Shown: positions 37,540 through 52,477, numbered from the whole stretch's first letter. The stretch is DNA of 52,609 nucleotides, filler included, from Squatina squatina (GCA_031763465.1; 3 parts of 3 records of this genome joined end to end with filler, not necessarily neighbours in it), one strand, 5' to 3'. Notes: generated by a model from the sequence alone, not told the origin. A program made the numbers and translations.

Positions 37540-38534
37540 CTCTTGTGTGAACATACAAGCAATGACAGACGGATAAAATCCCCTGGTCCATCATACTTGT
37601 CCCACACGATTGCGATACTTTGTGTATCACAATATATACCCTCCACCAACCCGAAACTACGGAGCCTCCTGGGAGAGGCAACAAAATAGATTAAACAAAA
37701 CCCAGGCCAATTTGTGGGGGCGAAAAAAATCTGGGAAATTCCTCTCTGACCCATCTAGGCGATCGAAACTAGTCCAGGAGATCACTCTGGCCATAATAAT
37801 CCCTGCAGTACCTACCTTCTGGTGATCTCCGCCGCAGCCAGAAACAAATCCAGCACTCGCTTGAGTGAATTCAGCAAGTCCGCATCCACCATACGAAATG
37901 GCAGCTTGTTCCAGAGATCTACTATTCCCTGGGAAAAGAACCACTTCCTGACGTCTAACCTAGATCTAGCCTTATACAACTTAAATTTTTGACCTCTGGT
38001 CCTGCCAAACCTATTTAATTGGAATAAACTGTCAGCTGGAACACCGTCTATTCCCTTCATTATCTCATAAACCTCTATCAGATCCCCCCTAAGTCTACGC
38101 TGCTCTAAGCTATAGAGCCCCAACTCTTTTAGCCTATCTTGATAACTAAGATGCTTTAGACTTTCCAGAGCCTCATTATCACCCACCATGTGAGGAGACC
38201 AAAACTGGACACAGTATTCCAAGTGCGGCCTGACTAAAATCTGGTACAAGGACAAAACAGTGCACCCCGTCTTATTGTCAATTGTCCTGTTGATATACCC
38301 CAACACCCTATTTGCCCTAACTATCACTGCAAGGCATTGCTCATGTGCTTTTAAGGACGTATGCACTAGAATGCCCAAATTTCTTTCTATCTCCGCTGTC
38401 TTTAATGCCTTTCCCTGGAGGGTGTATGAATGTTGAGCATTTGCTCTGCCCACATGCATAACACTGCACTTATCTAAGTTATACATAATTTTCCAGTCTT
38501 GAGCCCGATCTCCCAACACATTAAGATCTGCCTG
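37540..38534 (-). mobile_element. CR1 LINE 3' end: RT C-terminus and 3' UTR
   Basis: WKIMYNLDKCSVMHVG...ERNLGILV...LYQILVRPHLEYCVQFWSP...SLEQRRLRGDLIEVYEIMKG...RKWFFSQGIVDLWNKLP. Confidence 0.9.
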
Positions 38535-38634
38535 NNNNNNNNNNNNNNNNNNNNNNNNNNNNNNNNNNNNNNNNNNNNNNNNNNNNNNNNNNNNNNNNNN
38601 NNNNNNNNNNNNNNNNNNNNNNNNNNNNNNNNNN

Positions 38635-38857
38635 ACTGACACTGTGCAATTCTGGACGGGCGTCGCGCACACTTATGACATCACAGCGCCGCAATAACCC
38701 TAAAGCCAACGCCTCAAGCCTTTTGGGCCTTGCGCCCGTTTTGCACCGGCGCAAACGGGAGCCGAATTTTGCACCCGCGTTTCCGCGCCTAAAGTGCCTT
38801 TACACCAGTTTTGCGCCGATTTCGCGCTAGAAGTTTTACCTCGAATTGGCCGCCCTA
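38635..38857. mobile_element. CpG-rich non-autonomous DNA element fragment
   Basis: CpG-rich island in AT-rich DNA with repeated tttgcgcc/tttgcacc motifs. Similar islands at 4468-4652, about 13415-13634 and 51588-51865 have gggg-ARA-tt-type ends. Confidence 0.4.
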
Positions 38858-41800
38858 AGTCTTTCTCGTCTTCCAGCCTTCAGAAATGAAAAACTCCGTA
38901 GCGCAGATTAAGCAAGAATTAGAAGGAAGGTCAGAGCCCCTCTAGGTTTAAAATAATGTTTTGTTACAATCAATGGAAATGTACAGAAAAGGAAGTAAAT
39001 TGGCATCTCTGACTCTATTATCTCCTCATGGATAGGTGAGAGAGGGATAGTGAGAACTGTGAACTGTGAAATTGGCTTCACTAGCCGAATCCAGAATCAC
39101 TTCATTCCCTTTCAGTTCCATGTTGCTCGTTTACAAGCATTTGGAACACACTGGTCACATTTGGTCGAGATGACAGGACTTCCGCTTTAGGCACACTTTG
39201 CCTCTCACATAACCCGGAACTGACAAAACTCAGAAAAACTGATTAACCATTTCAAAAAGGCTGGCATGGTCCCAAAATAACCCCCAAAAAAACAATATAC
39301 AACTGAACAATAGTCCTGAACAAAAGCCTGTGGCCAAGTTCACTGCATCAAGTTCCTTTTTGGATTTTATTATTATTTCAGGGTCACATCCCACATTTCA
39401 GTTTGCCTTTCAGTAAACACTGAGACCCATGCATGACGTAGGAGAAGCAGTTACAATGGGAGTCCAATAGAACATGAACTTGTCATGATTAAAGCCGCAG
39501 CTATATCCTCAGACATAATCTTGTATAATAGGGGAAAAAATGAAAGTACATCGAAGCGCAATTTGTACAATTTGAACTTCGACATTTTTATGGGGATGGT
39601 GAAAAAAAAATTATTCACTTGATGTTCTGAAGGCAACCCCCAAAGTTATTTGGGTACACTTGTGGTGTATTATTTAGCATTTTGAAACGTACTGTCATTC
39701 CACATTTGAAGGCAAAATAACCTATTCTGGAATAGCTATATATTTATCTGCAATACAACAAAAAGCTTTCATCTGCATGTGTTTCCTGCCAAAAAAACAT
39801 TACTCCCTATTGTCATGCTCTTAATCACTTTGTCAAATATCTTCCATGGCAAATTCCGATGTCCCCATTCAGAATGGAAACCATTGATATAAACTTGTCA
39901 TGCTCGATGTGCACCTTCCCACTATTGATGGCACTGTAACACCAGAGAAGGCACTATGCTCCCAACTAACTCCACTTCGCTGCTTCCCAAGCTGTTAAAA
40001 ATGTTGTCTTGTTTCAGATCGTGAAACAAAGCATGAATTAACCCCCAATGAGCCAGCGGTCTGATTTTATTATCACTTTAACAGAAAGGCAGCCCTTTAT
40101 GTAAAAGCGTCAAAGAATAATTGGTCGAGAAACAGCCTCGCGATTCCCCCCACCGGCCCTGTTCCGATCATAAATAGACACATTGTTCGGCAGTAATGAA
40201 CTCAAAAACAAGGTCTTTTCAACAGTTTGCGAGTCTGTTTTGGCAGCAAATAATAGGCCGCTGGAGGTCATGCGGGATCTTTTGTTCATTTACACAAATA
40301 TGTCACGAGCAAGTAATTATGCTGTCACACAGATTCTATTTCCACGATCATTACATTTTAATATACCGTGCTCGATTTGGAGAAATGCAGGCATTTAAAC
40401 TGAGAGCGCCAGGAGCAATGAACTCCCCTTCCAGCTGCTAGTCTTTCAGATTTCTGAAAGCAGCCATGTGTTGCCATTTAAAAGGAAATAGGGCTAGGAA
40501 TTTAACATTGTTGTGGACGTTTTACAGGCGTAAAGGGATCGCTCACTAGAGGCCGCGGAGGAAGCTTCTTTTAAGCTTACCCGAACGTGGNNNNNNNNNN
40601 NNNNNNNNNNNNNNNNNNNNNNNNNNNNNNNNNNNNNNNNNNNNNNNNNNNNNNNNNNNNNNNNNNNNNNNNNNNNNNNNNNNNNNNNNNGGACTGACAC
40701 ATATATTTGGTTGCCTGCCAACTCTCAGATTGTTTCATTAGTTTTTTTTTAAAAACTTTACTTTCAGAGCGGTCCAAACCCTGGACTATAGCGCTGGGTC
40801 ATGGGAAAGGACATGATTAAGCACCAAAATGAAATGCTGGCAATTTACTTTTTTTAATTACTGAAGATTTAGCAAATTCTTGGCAGAATACAGAGCCTAA
40901 ACCATCGCTGTGCTGATATTATTGACGTGCCCAAGGTTTTGTCTGAATATTAACCGAGAAAAAAGCAACTGTCTCTGCCAGTGTAATTTCCTCGATCTTC
41001 TGTTTGTGAAAACGGCCATTCACTGAGCGTTTGTGCGTTGTAAACAAACTGGCATTGTCAGTGCACACAGCAGTTACTGTTCTGTAAAATAAGCGTGGAT
41101 ATTTTATTAATGACCAAACTTGAAACTGCATCAGTTTTCACAGCAGAATGACTTGAAGCACATTTACACAATCAGATAAAACATCAAACTGTAATTCTCT
41201 GAATATACAGGAGGTTGATGGTGTTCGACTCTTTATTNNNNNNNNNNNNNNNNNNNNNNNNNNNNNNNNNNNNNNNNNNNNNNNNNNNNNNNNNNNNNNN
41301 NNNNNNNNNNNNNNNNNNNNNNNNNNNNNNNNNNNNNCATCAGGATGTTTAATATCCACCTGGACGAGCAGAGCTCTCTGCCAAAGGTTGGCACCTTTCT
41401 CAGTGCATCCATGGTGTACTGGAGAGCTGGCTGAGTCTGTGTGGAGCCTGGAACCAGGCTTGAACCTACAACCGTTATGACTGCAGAAGCCAGGCTTCTC
41501 CGATTGAACCAAGCTCACAGTTGGAGACAGACGCTGTTGTAAAATGGAGACCATTGACCCTTTCATGTTTCACATGATAGTTTAAACCTGATACAATTTA
41601 TTATTGTAATCAGTGAAGTTAGCCATGAAAGAATTATAGTCCAAAGTTCATTTTGATTAACCATTAATTCTGGATTATAGGATTAAGCACATTACTGCTA
41701 ACATCTGTAAGACGATAATCCTATTCAAACAAGAATAAGTAAACACAGGGGCGATTGCTCCAGATTTTCTCAACTCAGCTCTTTTCATTAAATTTCTCCC

Positions 41801-44800
41801 TCCCCTCAGTCCGATCAAACTCTTGTTTTTGTAAAGAAACTTTTGTAAAGATATTTTGTATATGTGCGTTTCACGGGGCCCCCGATACTGCAGGAAGCTC
41901 TGCACTGCAAAGTAGATGATGCCAGTTCTTGGGTATGTGTGCAGTCACGAGTTTTGTTTTTCCTTGTAACAATGAAAAAAATATCATGTTACAATGTCGT
42001 CATCTGGAATGCAGTAGCTGGGTTTGGCAGGCTGCGGACTCAGAGTGTTTTTTGGCCTCAAAAGCCAGCGACAGACTGTCCGGAGCCATAAATGGCCGTA
42101 GAGTGGACGAGGAGAGGTTTGAGTCATAAACATTACAGCACAGCAGGACATCACTTGGCCTGCCCACTGTACCTGTGTCACTTGGTCTTTAACAGGCACC
42201 GTCCACTGTCGGCACATTTCTCTCAGCTTTCCCCCGTATCATTTTATTATTCTCCTTTACAACCACATCTCCAATTTCCTCTTAAATCATGTTACAGTCT
42301 CTGCCTCAATAGCCACTCGCGATAAAGCACTCCATGCTGTAACAACACTCGGTGTGAAAATCCATCTTCTGCCACCTCTCTCTATTCCTGGAGAGGCTAT
42401 AAGAAAAAGCTGGTTGTCCAATTTCTCACCTGTAGCCTTTCTCCATCATAAACTTTTTCTTCCTTTACTACCGATACTATGGCCAGTGCTCCACTGATCT
42501 TTCTTCTCTTATTCTTTCTAAACTCCAAATATGTCATTCTACATAATATAAGAACATAAGAATCAGGAGCTGGATTAGTCCATTCGGCCCCTCGAGCCTG
42601 TTCCGCCATTCAATAAGATCATGTCTGATCTTCTACCTCAACTCCACTTTCCCGCCTGATCCCGAAATCCCTTAATCCCCTTAGTTCCCAGAAATCTATC
42701 GACCTCTGTCTTGAATGTACTNNNNNNNNNNNNNNNNNNNNNNNNNNNNNNNNNNNNNNNNNNNNNNNNNNNNNNNNNNNNNNNNNNNNNNNNNNNNNNN
42801 NNNNNNNNNNNNNNNNNNNNNACTTGAAATATGCATTGTTTGAAAGATGAAGGGTTCATTTCAGTATTTAAAATGATTTTAATCATTTCCGGCGTTAATT
42901 TATTTTTCTTACCTTGAGCAAGCAGGGATGAGACAGCAATGATAAGGGTGATATCGAGGGGAAGTGTGGTGGCTAAGTCATGTGAAAGGAATAATAAAGG
43001 TTAAGTGCTTTCAGGGATCTGTTGCTGTAGCAACCATGAATATCATAAATTCTTAATCAGCAACATCCAACTAGACCAGAAAAAAAACCTTCACTCAACC
43101 AAAATAACTCGGGTGAGGCATTTATTATAAGGGCACATTACCAATAAAACAATGAGACCTATTTCCTGATTAACATCCTGTAATACCAATTAAATATATA
43201 TGGATTCTTCATTTCATACACAAGGACTGGGGACATGGTGCCCTTTGGTTTGGTCGGTTCTGTGCTGTGTGTTGTGTTCAGTTAGATTCAGTAAGCTGGA
43301 GCAAAATAAGGTGCTCCTGTGCTACTGAGCTTTTCACAATGGATATTTATATACGGTTTGCTTACATTTAAAAAAATTAAATACCGCAATAAGAGAAAAA
43401 TGTGACGTTTTTAAATGGATCCACCTCGATCTAGTTTCCAAATACACCATAAATCTATAATCCAAATCAAACATTAAGAATCAATAATTGTATATCCCCA
43501 AAACTAGTTGTAAGCCAACAGGATTTAAAGGATTTGTGTTGGTTCATGTAAAGTTACACAGATATGTACATACACTGTGTTAAATTGCAAAGAGATTTGA
43601 GAATAGTAAAGTACGAACAATGACAGAGGGAACAGAAAAGACAAACCTGAAACTAAATATAAAAGTGTATAATAACTTACCTGGAAGGTAGTTGTGGAGT
43701 GGCAGCAGAGGAGCTGGAGAAATGTACGCNNNNNNNNNNNNNNNNNNNNNNNNNNNNNNNNNNNNNNNNNNNNNNNNNNNNNNNNNNNNNNNNNNNNNNN
43801 NNNNNNNNNNNNNNNNNNNNNNNNNNNNNAGGTTTAACGGGGAGCTGGGTCAGAGCAGCCGAATAGGAGCCTATGGGACTAGCAAGTGCCCACACTACTG
43901 ACAAAATACATAACGACTGGCCTGTCGGTTGTGTAGGAAGCGACTGTTTACTGGTGCACTTCTCCATTTGTGCAAAATGCTGTGGTCAGAAATTAAATCT
44001 AACTTTTTTGCATATCTTATGGTTTTGACTGACGTAATTATCAATTTAATGTTTCAAAGCTTTCCATGTATAGAGTTAAATATTTATATGTCGAATATGT
44101 TTATAGTGTTTATAGTACAATAAATTATAGAGCTAAAATTAATGTAAATATAATGAGCTACATTCATGATATTATGTACAAACGTCATAGAATATGCTCT
44201 AGTTGTGTAGGAACAGTTATTTTTTGTACAGCACGTATTGTAGAAAGCTACTTCAGGTTCACCAGGTCTGCCCTTAATATATATATATATAAAAAAATGT
44301 TTGCCATAAATGGAGAGCATTTCAAATTGCCTGGAAATTCCTGTGGGAGATATTAGCGGATGCATGCTTAGTACATTTTTGCAACATTCCTCTGAGCGTT
44401 ATTTTAGCACAGCTGTTAACCAACTTAGAATAAACAGTTTATTGCTGACATTAAAGTATCAGACTGAGGAACCTTATCCAAACAAGTTAAGTACTTGCAC
44501 GGGCTCGACGGGCCGAATGGCTTCCTTCTGTGCTGTAACTGTGCTATGATTCTAATATTGGCCAGCAGCCATTTCCTACACAATAAATCCACTGTTGCCT
44601 AGTAGTACATAATTTATTAGTAACTTTTTAAAAAACACTTAAAATAAATAATGTGTGTGCTGGAAAGGGTGAGTTGTGGGAGGGTTGTAGTTATTTGCCG
44701 ATGTGCCAAGGACTGCTGTTGCAGGCAGTTCAATGCGAGTGTCTGGTGAATTAAACAGTAAAAGCTCGCAGGGACTTTAGTGATGTTGTTGTGTAGGTTT

Positions 44801-45824
44801 GTGAAAGATGATTGGTGTTTGCAGCTACCGAACCACCCCCCCCAACCCACCTCCGACTCTTTTGACAGTCAACTGCCAAAATTCTGCAGTTGGCAAAACA
44901 AATGATTTTGTTTTCGTCCTAAAAGTACCTTCTACAAGGTCCCATTTTCAAACTAAGGTATTACTTCCGTCAAACATGACCTCAGAATATTTGTTTGTAA
45001 AATGTAACGTGTTGAGCAGACAGCCTCACCTTCAGCCTTGTGCCAATTCCGAGCTTGTCCAAATATTGGTCGGTTGATCTGCAGGACATGTCCTTGCCCA
45101 GTGTGCTTTCATTTTCAATTTTTACCCACTTTTCGTAATCAATTGCAAGATTTTAAGATGATTTCCCCCAAAGTTAACAGACTTGCTCGCTGCATGATTT
45201 CTGGAAATCTTCGATTTTCACCAGTCTGTTGAAACGCCTTTTACCAGAAGCACACAGACTGGGCTGCTCTGAGTTCCACTCCATACAGAGACCTCGCACT
45301 AGTGCTAATTGTCTCTCTGCAGCTTTCTTGGTCTCTCATTCAAATTCCCAATCTGTTGATGGTCTTTATCCCCCTCCAGTGTCTCCTGGGACCTCTCTCA
45401 TGCCCAAGCTGTACAGTCTCCACTGTCGGGAGGTGGTGCTGAGTACTCGACGACTGTAACTCAGAGCCAGACCGCCTGAGGTCGATCTGGAATCTGTGCC
45501 ATCGTGTGAAACAGTTGAGAGTGAGTCGGCAGCCCGTTTGACATCTTATTATCTCTCCATTTGGAAATAAAGTTAGGGAGGGATGTGATACAGGCTACCA
45601 AAGCATTTTCACCTGTTTTACACGATCGCACGCAGTCCAGATCTACCCCCTGGGCTTGAATCCCCTGCCAATGGTTGGAAGCTTTCTTATAAAAGAAAAG
45701 AAAACATATAAAACAATCTATTCANNNNNNNNNNNNNNNNNNNNNNNNNNNNNNNNNNNNNNNNNNNNNNNNNNNNNNNNNNNNNNNNNNNNNNNNNNNN
45801 NNNNNNNNNNNNNNNNNNNNNNNN

Positions 45825-47242
45825 GGGGAACACCACTGCAAATCACCTCCCATTCGAAAAACCATTCATCCACCACCACCCTTTGCTTCCAGTCACTGAG
45901 CTAATTTTGTATCCATCCCGCTTTGAAGGCTCTACCGTTTCCCTTCAAAAGAATATGCCTAATTTGTACCTGAAGTATCTGTTTCCAGAATGCCGTCCAT
46001 TGCTCCGTTACTGCTTTTCCCTGCAACGCCTCTTCCAATTTACCTGTGCTAGGTCCCTTCCTAAGTTACTGAAATTGGTTCCTCCCCAGTTGAGTATTTT
46101 TACCATCGATATTTTCTGGTCTTTTTTCATAATTACTTTAAACCTAATTATGTTGTGGTCACTATTCGCTAGATGACCTCCAACTGTCGCACACACCACT
46201 TGCCCTACTTCATTTCCCAGAACCAGATCCAATACTATTTTCTTCCTTGTTGAACTGGAGACATATTGATCGAAAAAATTCTCCTGCACACATATTAGAA
46301 ACTCCTCTCCTTCGCTACCTATGATTTTTCCAGTCTATATTAGGGTAATTAAAGTCTCCTAAAATTACTACTCTATTTTTGTTACACATCTTTGAAATTT
46401 GCCGACAAGTTTGCTCATCTGTCTGCTTCTCGCTGTTTGGAGCTCTATTTAAAAACAACTTCCAAAAATGTAACAGCTCCCTCTCTGTTCCTCAACTGAA
46501 GCTAACTAAATTGAGTCCAAGAACCATCAAGTATATTCTTTCCATTTTGAACTGTAACATCATTCTTAATACCAACTCACACCTTGCCCCCCACCTTTTA
46601 CCTTCTCCATTAATCCTTGATACTCGATAAACCAGGAATATTAAGAACCCATTCTTAATCTTGTTTGAGCCATGTCTCTGTTAATGGAGCCATGTCATCA
46701 GCTCATGTAGCAATTTGTGCATGCAGCTCACCAACCTTATTAGTTACACTACGGACATTGACGTACATACAATTTAATGTCTCTCTTGTCACTTTTGCTA
46801 TTTTTCTTAATCTGACCCTAGAAGTTTTGGGGATATTTCTAATTTTACTGCTGTTTATATCTCTGTCCTCAAATCTCATTTCTGCTCTTCGCTGCTATTT
46901 TCTGGTTTCCCTCCCCCTGTTAAACTTGTTTAAACCGTCCCCAATAGTGCAAGTTAATCTCTCAGTGAGAACATTGGTCCCGGCTTTGTTTAGGTGTAAC
47001 CTGTCCATTCTGTACAGGTGCCCCTTCCCCCAGAACAGATATCAATGTCCGAGAATCTGAAACCATCCCTCCTGCACTACTTCTTCAGCCATGCATTTAC
47101 CTGCACTATTTTCTTGTTTCTATATTCAATAGATTACAAACTTTGAGGTCCTGTTTTATAATCTTTTTCCTAGCTCCTGAAACTCTGCCTAAAGGACCTT
47201 AATACTTTTTCTATCAATGTCATTGGTTCCAACATGGATCCC
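45825..47242 (-). mobile_element. Degraded CR1 LINE: ORF1 esterase and ORF2 endonuclease
   Basis: IHVGTNDID (about 47235), RMDRLHLNKAG (about 47010), FFDQYV...LDLVLGNE...LANSDHNII (46008 ORF). Confidence 0.8.
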
Positions 47243-48753
47243 NNNNNNNNNNNNNNNNNNNNNNNNNNNNNNNNNNNNNNNNNNNNNNNNNNNNNNNNNN
47301 NNNNNNNNNNNNNNNNNNNNNNNNNNNNNNNNNNNNNNNNNNCCTGATTCTTACACTATGTTTCTATGTTTCTAACTCTAACACCACGGGGGCCTGGTGC
47401 GGTGAGTGCGAAAGGAAGAGGTCAGTCTCTTTATTTGCTCTTTATTAGGCACCACAGAGCTTGCTTTGTTACATAAATGTTCTTTGCCTGAGCCGAGTAG
47501 CTGCTGGGAAATAGCAGGCCCGGTGCTTGAAACATTTTTGAACAAAAGATCCAGAATGTAAATGAATAGCAAAAAGCCTTGCATTATCTGCCTGCCTCAG
47601 TGTTGGAGAGCACATACTTTTGCAACTCTTGTTCATTATCGCTGCTTCAACGGCAGTGTGCTTTTGAAATGAAGGATTATTATAGCTGTCATAATTGGAG
47701 TGTGTGGGCGGGGTACTGCAGAGGCAAATCGGACATTATACAGTGATTGCAACTGATGAGCCTGTGCTCGTTTCTCATCTAATGTAAAAAGTGATCTTTG
47801 CCACATTTTCTGTGGAAACCATTTTGCCACTTACCATTTTATATAATCATTTGCCTGACAATGAAGTCTTCACATTTTCTGATTAAAATTCTTGGTACTT
47901 TTTTGTCGAAGTTATTGCTGCCATACTTTTTCGGAACTATTGTTTCAATTCATTAAAAAACGTAACTAATGGGCAAGAAGGGTAATTTCTCCCCGNNNNN
48001 NNNNNNNNNNNNNNNNNNNNNNNNNNNNNNNNNNNNNNNNNNNNNNNNNNNNNNNNNNNNNNNNNNNNNNNNNNNNNNNNNNNNNNNNNNNNNNNCCCCA
48101 CTATTTCCCCTCGGTTAGACTGTATGGTGCATGTCTTCTACTTCCCAACTATGTGCTTCTTCTAACTGGAAGGAAGAAATGAAGTGCATGGCTGCTGTAT
48201 GTCAGTTTTTGCGCCAGAGATTAAGGTATTCCAGCACCTCCTTGTACTGGATCAGCAGATCGCCCTGTAACTGCAGGTGTCATGAATTTTGATGCAGTGG
48301 TTGCTCTTTAATACATCTGTTGTTATTTGAGCAAGATGACTGGCTGTTATTGATGTAGCATTGCTCTGAGAGACACCTCTGTCATCCACGCGAACTCCTG
48401 CCCTTTCCTTACGACTGAGCAGTCCTTCAACATAGTCAGAAATCTGTGTAGATGCAAACCTCCAGGCAATATTAAGGTTATTCCAGCTCTGCTTTAGCTG
48501 GTTCCTCAATGTGGTGAATCCAGACAAGACAAATTGATGTAGCTTGAAGCTTTAGATATCCAAAGAGCCAGGTAGAGTATTTGATATGGCAGCTGAGTCT
48601 AAGTTTAAGACCCTGGCCAAGGGGTGCTCTTGCTGCAGAGGACACCGAAATGGATATGAACTCACCACGGTGGTCTGTAGTTCAGTCAGGCTGTTGTGAA
48701 GTACTGTATTGATGCAGGTTGTTGTTGTCATAATCAAATCCTTTGTCCCGTAG

Positions 48754-48883
48754 CTTTCGAGGGGGTCTTGATGTTGCACATGGCCAAACAGGGACAGAGT
48801 CTATTTATTACAACTTCAGAGGCAAGGAGATAATGTTCCATGTTTCCACCAAACTCCCGTACACAGAAGGGGACGCACAGCAA
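48754..48883 (+). CDS. RAP1GAP: RAP1GAP catalytic-domain exon
   Basis: gtcccgtag|[44 protein letters not shown]|gtaagt; 130 bp. Confidence 0.95.
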
Positions 48884-50439
48884 GTAAGTCTGTATCTCCA
48901 GCACTTGGAATGTTGCACTGGGGAAATGGTATGTGGTCATTCTTAGAGCTCACAGTTCAGGACCTGTTCTTTGGAAAATACTGAGCAGCCGTTTTGTTTC
49001 AATCCAGAGAAATATGTCAGTGTTCCCTCCCTCGCCCATCTCTTTAAAAAAAACTCTGCTGGCTCAATGGGTGAATGCACTGCTTGGTGTATCCTGCACC
49101 ATCCAGCAAGGACTCTCCACTGCTGTCCCTGTCTCCACCATCTGCTCTTGCTCACATGTGCTCTGTGAGACACCAGGTGACAACACTACTCTGGCTCTTA
49201 NNNNNNNNNNNNNNNNNNNNNNNNNNNNNNNNNNNNNNNNNNNNNNNNNNNNNNNNNNNNNNNNNNNNNNNNNNNNNNNNNNNNNNNNNNNNNNNNNNNN
49301 AATTCATTATTTGGCCTCGAGTGGCTGCGGGCTCATTTTATTCTGTGAACATCTCCATCAGTGGTTTTGCTCATCATTGGTTTAAAATTATATCGGCCAT
49401 AATTTCAATGGCCTGAAAATAGTTATTTTTTCTGAAGAATATTCGACTGTCAGAGAGAGAGTTTAAAATCTCAGTGCTGGTTTTCAAGGGTCAGTCAGCT
49501 TTTTCAGTCTTTCCTGTTTCACTCGGTGAAGACGGCAAGGGTGGCGGAGAATAGGAGAGGAGACCAGAACAATTTGGAGGAAGTGTTCGGAGATCCGAAG
49601 GGAAGTGAAGTCTGCCTCAAGAAGGCTCTTTTATTCCATTCAGTGCACCTGAGCGAGGTAGGAACTAGTGCATAAAGACAGCTGGTCCTGCCCGACCTTG
49701 AGACACAAGAACCGGCAACATTAAGGACAATGGGTCAAAGTTTTCAAACAAAGAACTCGGGATCGCTTGATCTGCTGTGAGTGCTATAGGAAACCGCAGT
49801 GACAGGGCACGTGTCAGGAACCATCTCTGCTTCACTGTGGCTGGGATATGCGGGGTGCAAAGGGAAGCCTGATGAAATGGTGATGCTCATCACTCAGCTT
49901 CAGGTAATTGGTAATGAACTTCACTTCGTTTTAAGTGCCACTGTCTGGAATTCCGGAGAAAAAGCGAGAGACTGAATTACAGCTGCTTATAGGGCCCATA
50001 AATTATAGTTTGGGTTCATTAAAATGTCCTGAGCACCTTTGAATAAATATTTGACTCTGCTTTGGCTGCGATTGAATCTGATTGATGGGATAGAATAGGA
50101 TGGAGATAATGGATAGTCTCCTTTCGATAATTCATGGCCACATTTTGACAACAGAAAAATAATATATTTTAGCAGGAAAGAAATCTTGACCATTGTAATG
50201 CAATTATACAATAGTCCCAGAATCTAACTACCTGGACTTAGAGTAAAGACTTGGCGACATTCTACATGGAGGCAGCTTGGGTTCTCAAAGACAGGCTGTT
50301 AACCGAATGTAGGCCTGATGTGTCACATTCTTAGAGTAATTGGACTCACGTTTTTCTCCAACTGCTGATGCCCACAGTAATTTAATTCGGAACATTCCAT
50401 AAGCCGTGACATATGACTGATTAACCCTTTCTTATTCAG

Positions 50440-50571
50440 CGGGTGATTAGAAGTCGAAGCCAGTCGATGGATGCCATGGGTCTCAGCAATAAGAAACCGA
50501 ACACTGTCTCTACGAGTCACAGTGGCAGTTTCACCCACAGCACAGGAGAAACCATCAAACCCCCCGTCATT
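50440..50571 (+). CDS. RAP1GAP: RAP1GAP exon; not in ORF track
   Basis: cttattcag|[44 protein letters not shown]|gtaagt; 132 bp. Confidence 0.92.
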
Positions 50572-51376
50572 GTAAGTACCTGCCCCCTTCAGAGCTCCGC
50601 GCACAATGAAATCTAAAGGCATGAGTGCAAAGACCAGCAGCATAACTTCAACCAGNNNNNNNNNNNNNNNNNNNNNNNNNNNNNNNNNNNNNNNNNNNNN
50701 NNNNNNNNNNNNNNNNNNNNNNNNNNNNNNNNNNNNNNNNNNNNNNNNNNNNNNNGTTGGAACTAGAAATGTAAAATAAATATAACCAGCTGAGGGAGTA
50801 ATACTAAAAAAAGTAAAATGAATAATTAAGATTTCCAGCAAAATCCCAAAGTATTGAAAGATGAGTCACTTAAGAATTAAACATTGTAGGCAATTTAAGT
50901 AGATTTTCCCATTCATTTTAACCTAGTGTTAGAAACCTAAGGTTAAGCAATGAGTCCAGAAACTAACAAACGAACACTTCATGTGTTTGTGTATTTTAAA
51001 TAGTTTAAAGTCGCCACTAAAATGGCAAGGAAAGGAACGTCAGACAAATGCCTTAATTACTCATTCATTCACATGGACCTCAGTAATTCCCAGACGATGG
51101 TCCTGTCGCACCTCTATTGGCCTGTGTGAGCTGGCTGCTGTCTCTGCACTGATTAGAGACCAGTGCTGGTAAAGGCTCCACCTATAATTTTGAACCAAGC
51201 AATGTTCCTGGGTAATCTTTGTGCACAGGAGATTTGCATAAGTAAATGTGACTTTTATAAACTATTGACTTTGAAAGATGATTGCGTGCAAACAACCATT
51301 ATATAAAATGACAATATAAAACAGCCAGTTATGTGGATCTTCCGGTGGGTGTGTGACACTAAGTATATTTTCACAG

Positions 51377-51486
51377 TCCTTGATTATTCCTGGAAAAAGT
51401 CCAACGAGGAAGAAATCCGGACCTTTCAGCTCCCGTCGGAGTAGTGCCATCGGAATAGAAAACATTCAGGAGGTGGCGGAGAGAAG
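51377..51486 (+). CDS. RAP1GAP: RAP1GAP exon
   Basis: ttttcacag|[38 protein letters not shown]|g, then gap. Confidence 0.9.
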
Positions 51487-52084
51487 GNNNNNNNNNNNNN
51501 NNNNNNNNNNNNNNNNNNNNNNNNNNNNNNNNNNNNNNNNNNNNNNNNNNNNNNNNNNNNNNNNNNNNNNNNNNNNNNNNNNNNNNNGCTGAGAGCTACC
51601 AGAACTCCCAGGGCGGCGGGATAAACTTTTAAAATGAATGAATGGGACCATTCGAATAAATTTGTAACAAAAAACTGGGAAAAGCTGAGCGGAGCTGGTA
51701 AACAAAGGGATAATGGGATGAAAGGCTTGCGATGCACTACCTCACATGGACAATGAGCTCACCTCACAAAATGGCGGGCCTGGTGCATGTGATTTTCTGC
51801 CCATCGATGGGCGTCGCATCAGACGGGTTACCGCAACATGTGGGCAGTCGGAACATTCACCCTCATTTGTGAAAAGGAAAGATGCAATTAAGTAGGGCAG
51901 GATGGCAGCGTAGATAATGAGCGTTCAGCAGTTTTAACGAGTCATTTGGTTTTGTGCTTTTAATCACGTTGCACCAGGCAGCAAGCAAAATCACATCAGA
52001 ATCAAAGAATATTAAGGTAAACCCAAGCAAAATAATGAGGCAAAGGCACTCCTATGAGGGGCAGCAAATGCATGACATTGCTAT

Positions 52085-52110
52085 ACACACACACACACAC
52101 ACACACACAC
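52085..52110. repeat. (CA)n microsatellite
   Basis: About 13 AC units; a shorter tract at 19461-19481. Confidence 0.9.
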
Positions 52111-52477
52111 TACATAAAGCACCAACTGTGCATCAATAACTATTCAAATCATTTTAAAATAAAGAATGATAGTTTGCAATCCCATCCACTGAAGTCATTG
52201 GCTTGGAGACACAAAAGTCACGTCGTGTTGCTGTTTTCAATCTATTTTACCTTTCTTTTTCAACCTGTTGTTAGTGATCCCTGCTGCTGTTCAAATGCAT
52301 TTTCTGATGTGTAACAATTTTAAGATTTATCTGCATGCCGGATGATGCTTTGCAGCACATATTTAGCACTTGTACACCTACGTCATGCAAATGTTTGATC
52401 AATTTTAATAATCTTAGGAATGATAGGCTTGTCCTTTAGACTAAAATTAGATGTATTTTAATGTAACTTTTTTGCAG

